Assembly (NCBI GenBank): GCA_002104905.1
Contig: MCFE01000349.1
Coordinates: 1 to 64,000, forward strand
Source: Basidiobolus meristosporus CBS 931.73
Taxonomy: Eukaryota > Fungi > Basidiobolomycota
Length of the DNA stretch: 64,000 nt
Direction of reading: 5' to 3'
Position 1 is the first letter of the stretch; each line of letters opens with the position of its first letter. The position numbers and the translations under genes were made by a program. Under the pieces are notes generated by a model. The model saw only the letters and a program-made list of their open reading frames with translations. It was not told the origin of the DNA and did not search any database. Positions 60,501 through 64,000 of this stretch are shown piece after piece.

Positions 60501-62737
60501 TCAAGGCTCCCTCGCCTGAAAAGGACTCTACCCCAATGGGTGATTCTCAGGACAATGCCGAAACTGAATCTATTCCTGTAGAAACCAAACCCGAGCCACC
60601 TTTAGACCAGGTTGAAACCACCACACCTACTACTGAGGATCAGAAAGATTCAGAAATGGTTGAAGATACAATCCTGGACGTTGTCATGGCTGACTCTGCG
60701 GCTGTCACAGATGAGGCGGAGGTCCCAATTATTACACAGGCGGAAGAAGCCACTGATAAATCGGAGGAGAAAGAACCTCTGGTTCAATCAGAGAAGGTTG
60801 AGGCTGACCTACCTGCTAATCCTCAGAATGATGATGTTCCTATCGCTCCAGAAGCAATGGAAGAGGCGGTTGAAGAAGCTGGTTCTATTGAGAAAGCAAA
60901 TGAGCCTAAGCCACAAGAGGGTGTGGAAGTTGTGATTGAGAAAACGATTGATGCCGTAGCAACTATCACCGATCCTGCACCTACAGTCGAGAGTAACACA
61001 CCGCATGAAGTACATGTAGAGAGCCCTGAACACATGGATATCGCAGAGAATGGTGGACTACCAGAAAGCAGCTCAGAGAAGCCTGAGGAAAACAATCAAT
61101 CCACAGACACTCCTGAGATTCAGGCAGATGTAAAGGTTGATCAGCAAGTGGATGTGGAGATGCAAGACGAATCCACCGCGGACAAGCCTGATCGTATAGA
61201 ATCAGAAGTGGAGGAGGGTGAAATAGATAGCGAGGTTGGCGAAATCAACGAGGAAAGCCAGAAGAAGGAAGAAACCCCCGAAGTGTTGGAAGCCAAGCCC
61301 GAAGATAGTGAACAACCCAAGGAGGAGCCAAAGGAAGCCCCAGCTGTAGCAGAGCAACCACCAGAAGATAGCAAGTTAGAGCCACCCACTCAAGCTGAAG
61401 AATCGATATCGGAACCATCGCAATCTGAAGCGCAGCCTGATCTTGAGGTCTCTGGTATTTCTGTGAATGGAGACGAAAAAAGACCCTCGCTCCCGGATGA
61501 ACTACCAGAAGATAAAGGTAGCGAGCAGGCGGTGAAAGAATTTGCTGAAGCACATGAACCCAAAGAGGATGGTTTAGAAACTACGGAGACAAGCAACGAT
61601 GTAGTCCTTGCGCCCAATGATAATGATGGTAGTGTGGAAATCGAAAAGGCGGAGGAAGGTGAAATATTGCCATCTGAAGTGGTAAGTGTGACACCAAGCG
61701 AACCCGAACCTGAAACGAGTACAGTCGAGCAAGACGTCCAGGAGGATGCTGGAAAAAAGGAAGAGCCCAAGGACTTCTCCGAGGAGCTCGAGGCTGGAGA
61801 GATTTCTCCGGAAGCCATGGACATTGATCCAGTTGTTTCGTCAAAATCCAACGGAAATAACGATAATGTCGATTTGCCCGTGGACAAGAGCCTTGAGAAG
61901 TCTAACCTCAGCGATGCCAAGCAGGAGCAGGAGCAGGAGCCAAAAGACGAATCGATCGAGGAGAGTGCTAAAGACGGCCAGAAACCGGCAGACTCCCCGA
62001 TGGATACCGAGCCCGGGGAGATTGACCAATCCGCTCGCACGGAAAAGGACCGTGGTGAATTGGAGGGAAATGATGGCACAGCCAACAGTCCAAATTCCAA
62101 GGAGGACTCTGACATGGAAGAAGGAGAGATCGATGACGACGACGATGGCGATGGGGGATTGAGCGATCCGCGTTCTAGCGTTAGATCCACCCAAAGTACA
62201 TATCGAGGCCCTGATTTCAAATACAAAAATGACGACTTTAGAAAGGCCGGAGTAAAAGACAAAGGGGATAAACCATACGGGTTCTATGACCGACCTGAAA
62301 GATTCAAGGAGAGGTTCGATTACCGAAGGGATGAACGCAAGTTCGAGCGGGGCCGTGACAGAGCGGAGGAATACAAGCCTTACCGTCGCGAGGACAGACC
62401 TCGTGATCGCGCCAGGTACGAGCGAAGAGACGATATTCCCGGGAGTAGGTCGAGAAACGAACGTTATGACCGGTTTGCCAAGTCTCATGAGAGGTCAACC
62501 GAGCCAAAGGAACCCAGAAATCGTCCGGACAAGGAGTATCCGGATTCCTCGAAACCCCATGGCTCCGCCTCTTCGGACAACGAAGAAGGTGAATTGACGG
62601 ATCAGCCAAGCCCTTCGGCAAATATGAGCAAGTCCAGTGTGGTGAGATCATCCCACGATTCAAGCAGGAGGCCGTCAGAAACCTCGGGAAATGACCGAGA
62701 ACATGACAAAGATGGCCACCACGAATCCAGAGAGTAA
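57579..62737 (+). CDS. RXT3: Rxt3/HDC1-like histone deacetylase complex subunit, about 1563 aa, 8 exons
   Basis: Exons 57579-58056, 58149-59036, 59103-59273, 59338-59576, 59633-59725, 59783-59862, 59931-60050 and 60115-62737. All introns are GT-AG and phases agree (4692 nt). Rxt3 core LLEVRVP...IWGTDVYTDDSDVVAALIHSG...YAST...IKSREWG.HDGVSFKIE. Confidence 0.82.
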
Positions 62738-63334
62738 GCCAACGTCAAGACTCTGTGTTTCGAACCTCACCCAACATCTCTTATTTTGGTTAGTTCTCTA
62801 CATCTAAAAAGTTTTGTATAAATGTATATATAAATCATAATAAAATGGTCATGTTTGCGAATCTTGTCTCTACGCTAGGAATCTAGTCAATCAAGCTCTT
62901 CCAAAAGCCACTGCTATGACGCTAAAGGTACACTAATGCCACCTCTCATTGACCATCAATCGTACCTACTATCTTACGTATCTATGAGGTCATGAGATGG
63001 GGATTACACATAGCAAACCCATTGCCATTGGCGTGAGTCCAGCCTATTCAAACTCAATACCAATGATTAAAGCTTGGCCACGAATTAGAATTATGGAGTC
63101 AGACATAAATGACCAGCACCTGGCCAACACACCAATGGTTATTTTGGTTTAGAGCGATAAGAGCGATCTTAGCTTTGGTTTCAAACTGATTTGGGATGGG
63201 TGAGATGGTCCCTAATGAAGTAACTTTCCGTCCCATTTTTAGCACCGTACTTGTCATGGGAGGTTTTGGCTTGGCGGGGAATATTTAAGCTCGCGGCTGT
63301 TCCTGACCCCATTATAGTCGTTGTTGTTTCCTTG

Positions 63335-64000
63335 ATGAATTACACATTTCACCCTTGTCGCTGGGAGCAATGTTCACAGGCATTCCCTTCCCTCGAGTGC
63401 CTATACCTGCACCTCACAAACGATCATGTGGGACGAAAGTCCACCAGCAACCTGTGCCTGCAGTGCCGCTGGGAGGGATGTCAAGTAACCACGCTCAAGA
63501 GAGATCATATCACTTCACATTTGAAGGTTCACGTACCTCTCAAGCCATTCTCATGTCAGGTAAGATCTGCTGTTACTCCGACATACAAGACAACAAAGTA
63601 ACCATGTTGGGACTAGTACTGCGCCAAAACGTTCAAACGACGCCAGGATATCAGAAAGCATGAAAAGACCCACCAGCATTCCAGGGCCAGGAGGCACTCA
63701 TTGCACTCTCCAGACCGAAGTCGACCGGAGCATGGGAAACAGGCCCTCTCACGGTCAAGCTCTATATCCTTGCCAGTGTCACACTGCGATGGTCAGACAG
63801 AAGGTAATTTACTTATTGGCAACACCATCTATCCGATAGAATGGGCACCAATCTATTGACCAACATTCATCCAGCTTTGTTTAATCCACCTACGCGATAC
63901 GTGCCCTATTGGCCATCGCCCGTTCAATCAGGAAAGCCTAGTCATGTAAATCTGGGCATTGCAAATAACCTCCACCTTGGTAGTAAGTAGAGGTTTCATG
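63335..64000 (+). CDS. pacC: PacC/Rim101-like C2H2 transcription factor, probably 3'-incomplete
   Basis: CRWEQC...[52 protein letters not shown]|[19 protein letters not shown]. Introns 63560-63616 and 63804-63874. A GTAAGT donor at 63983 suggests the gene continues beyond the window. Confidence 0.85.

Noticed and set aside
60612-62663. Long overlapping and antisense ORFs over the acidic exon
   Set aside because: Shadow frames expected from biased GAA/GAG-rich coding sequence.
1-64000. tRNA, rRNA, CRISPR arrays or prokaryote-type systems
   Set aside because: None seen. The tandem repeats (28 and 38 bp) have no unique spacers, and the window is intron-containing eukaryotic DNA.

Overview
Eukaryotic DNA from a fungus with short (about 45-95 bp) GT-AG introns. 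The gene content suggests an early-diverging lineage, possibly Zoopagomycota/Mucoromycota-like, but that is inference and was not determined. The window has two sharply separated compartments. (1) About 1-32.5 kb is a CpG-poor, gene-free island of nested transposons: two CACTA-like relics, a young Ty1/Copia family A (369-bp LTR), four copies of a second Copia family B (about 349-bp LTR, half-tRNA-iMet type primer site), one Ty3/Gypsy element, and solo or partial LTRs of a third family C. Most nesting relationships can be read from target-site duplications (TSDs). (2) About 32.6-64 kb is a CpG-rich, gene-dense region. It encodes a PPR protein, a PAS-PAS protein, a Tco89-like protein, a FYVE-RING (RNF34-like) ligase, an RGS protein with a repeated KLxxFFG motif, a ZRC1/COT1-like zinc transporter, a Rab5, Rho3, a CRAL-TRIO protein, a DDHD phospholipase, an unidentified spliced gene, a roughly 1563-aa Rxt3/HDC1-like protein and a PacC/Rim101-like factor. 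The most interesting items are the Rxt3/HDC1 gene that splices into a large acidic ORF with an EEGE[IL] motif array, the RGS repeat architecture, CpG-specific decay of TE catalytic motifs, and repeated insertion of LTR elements into their own family. No database search was run; all family assignments come from motifs read by eye.
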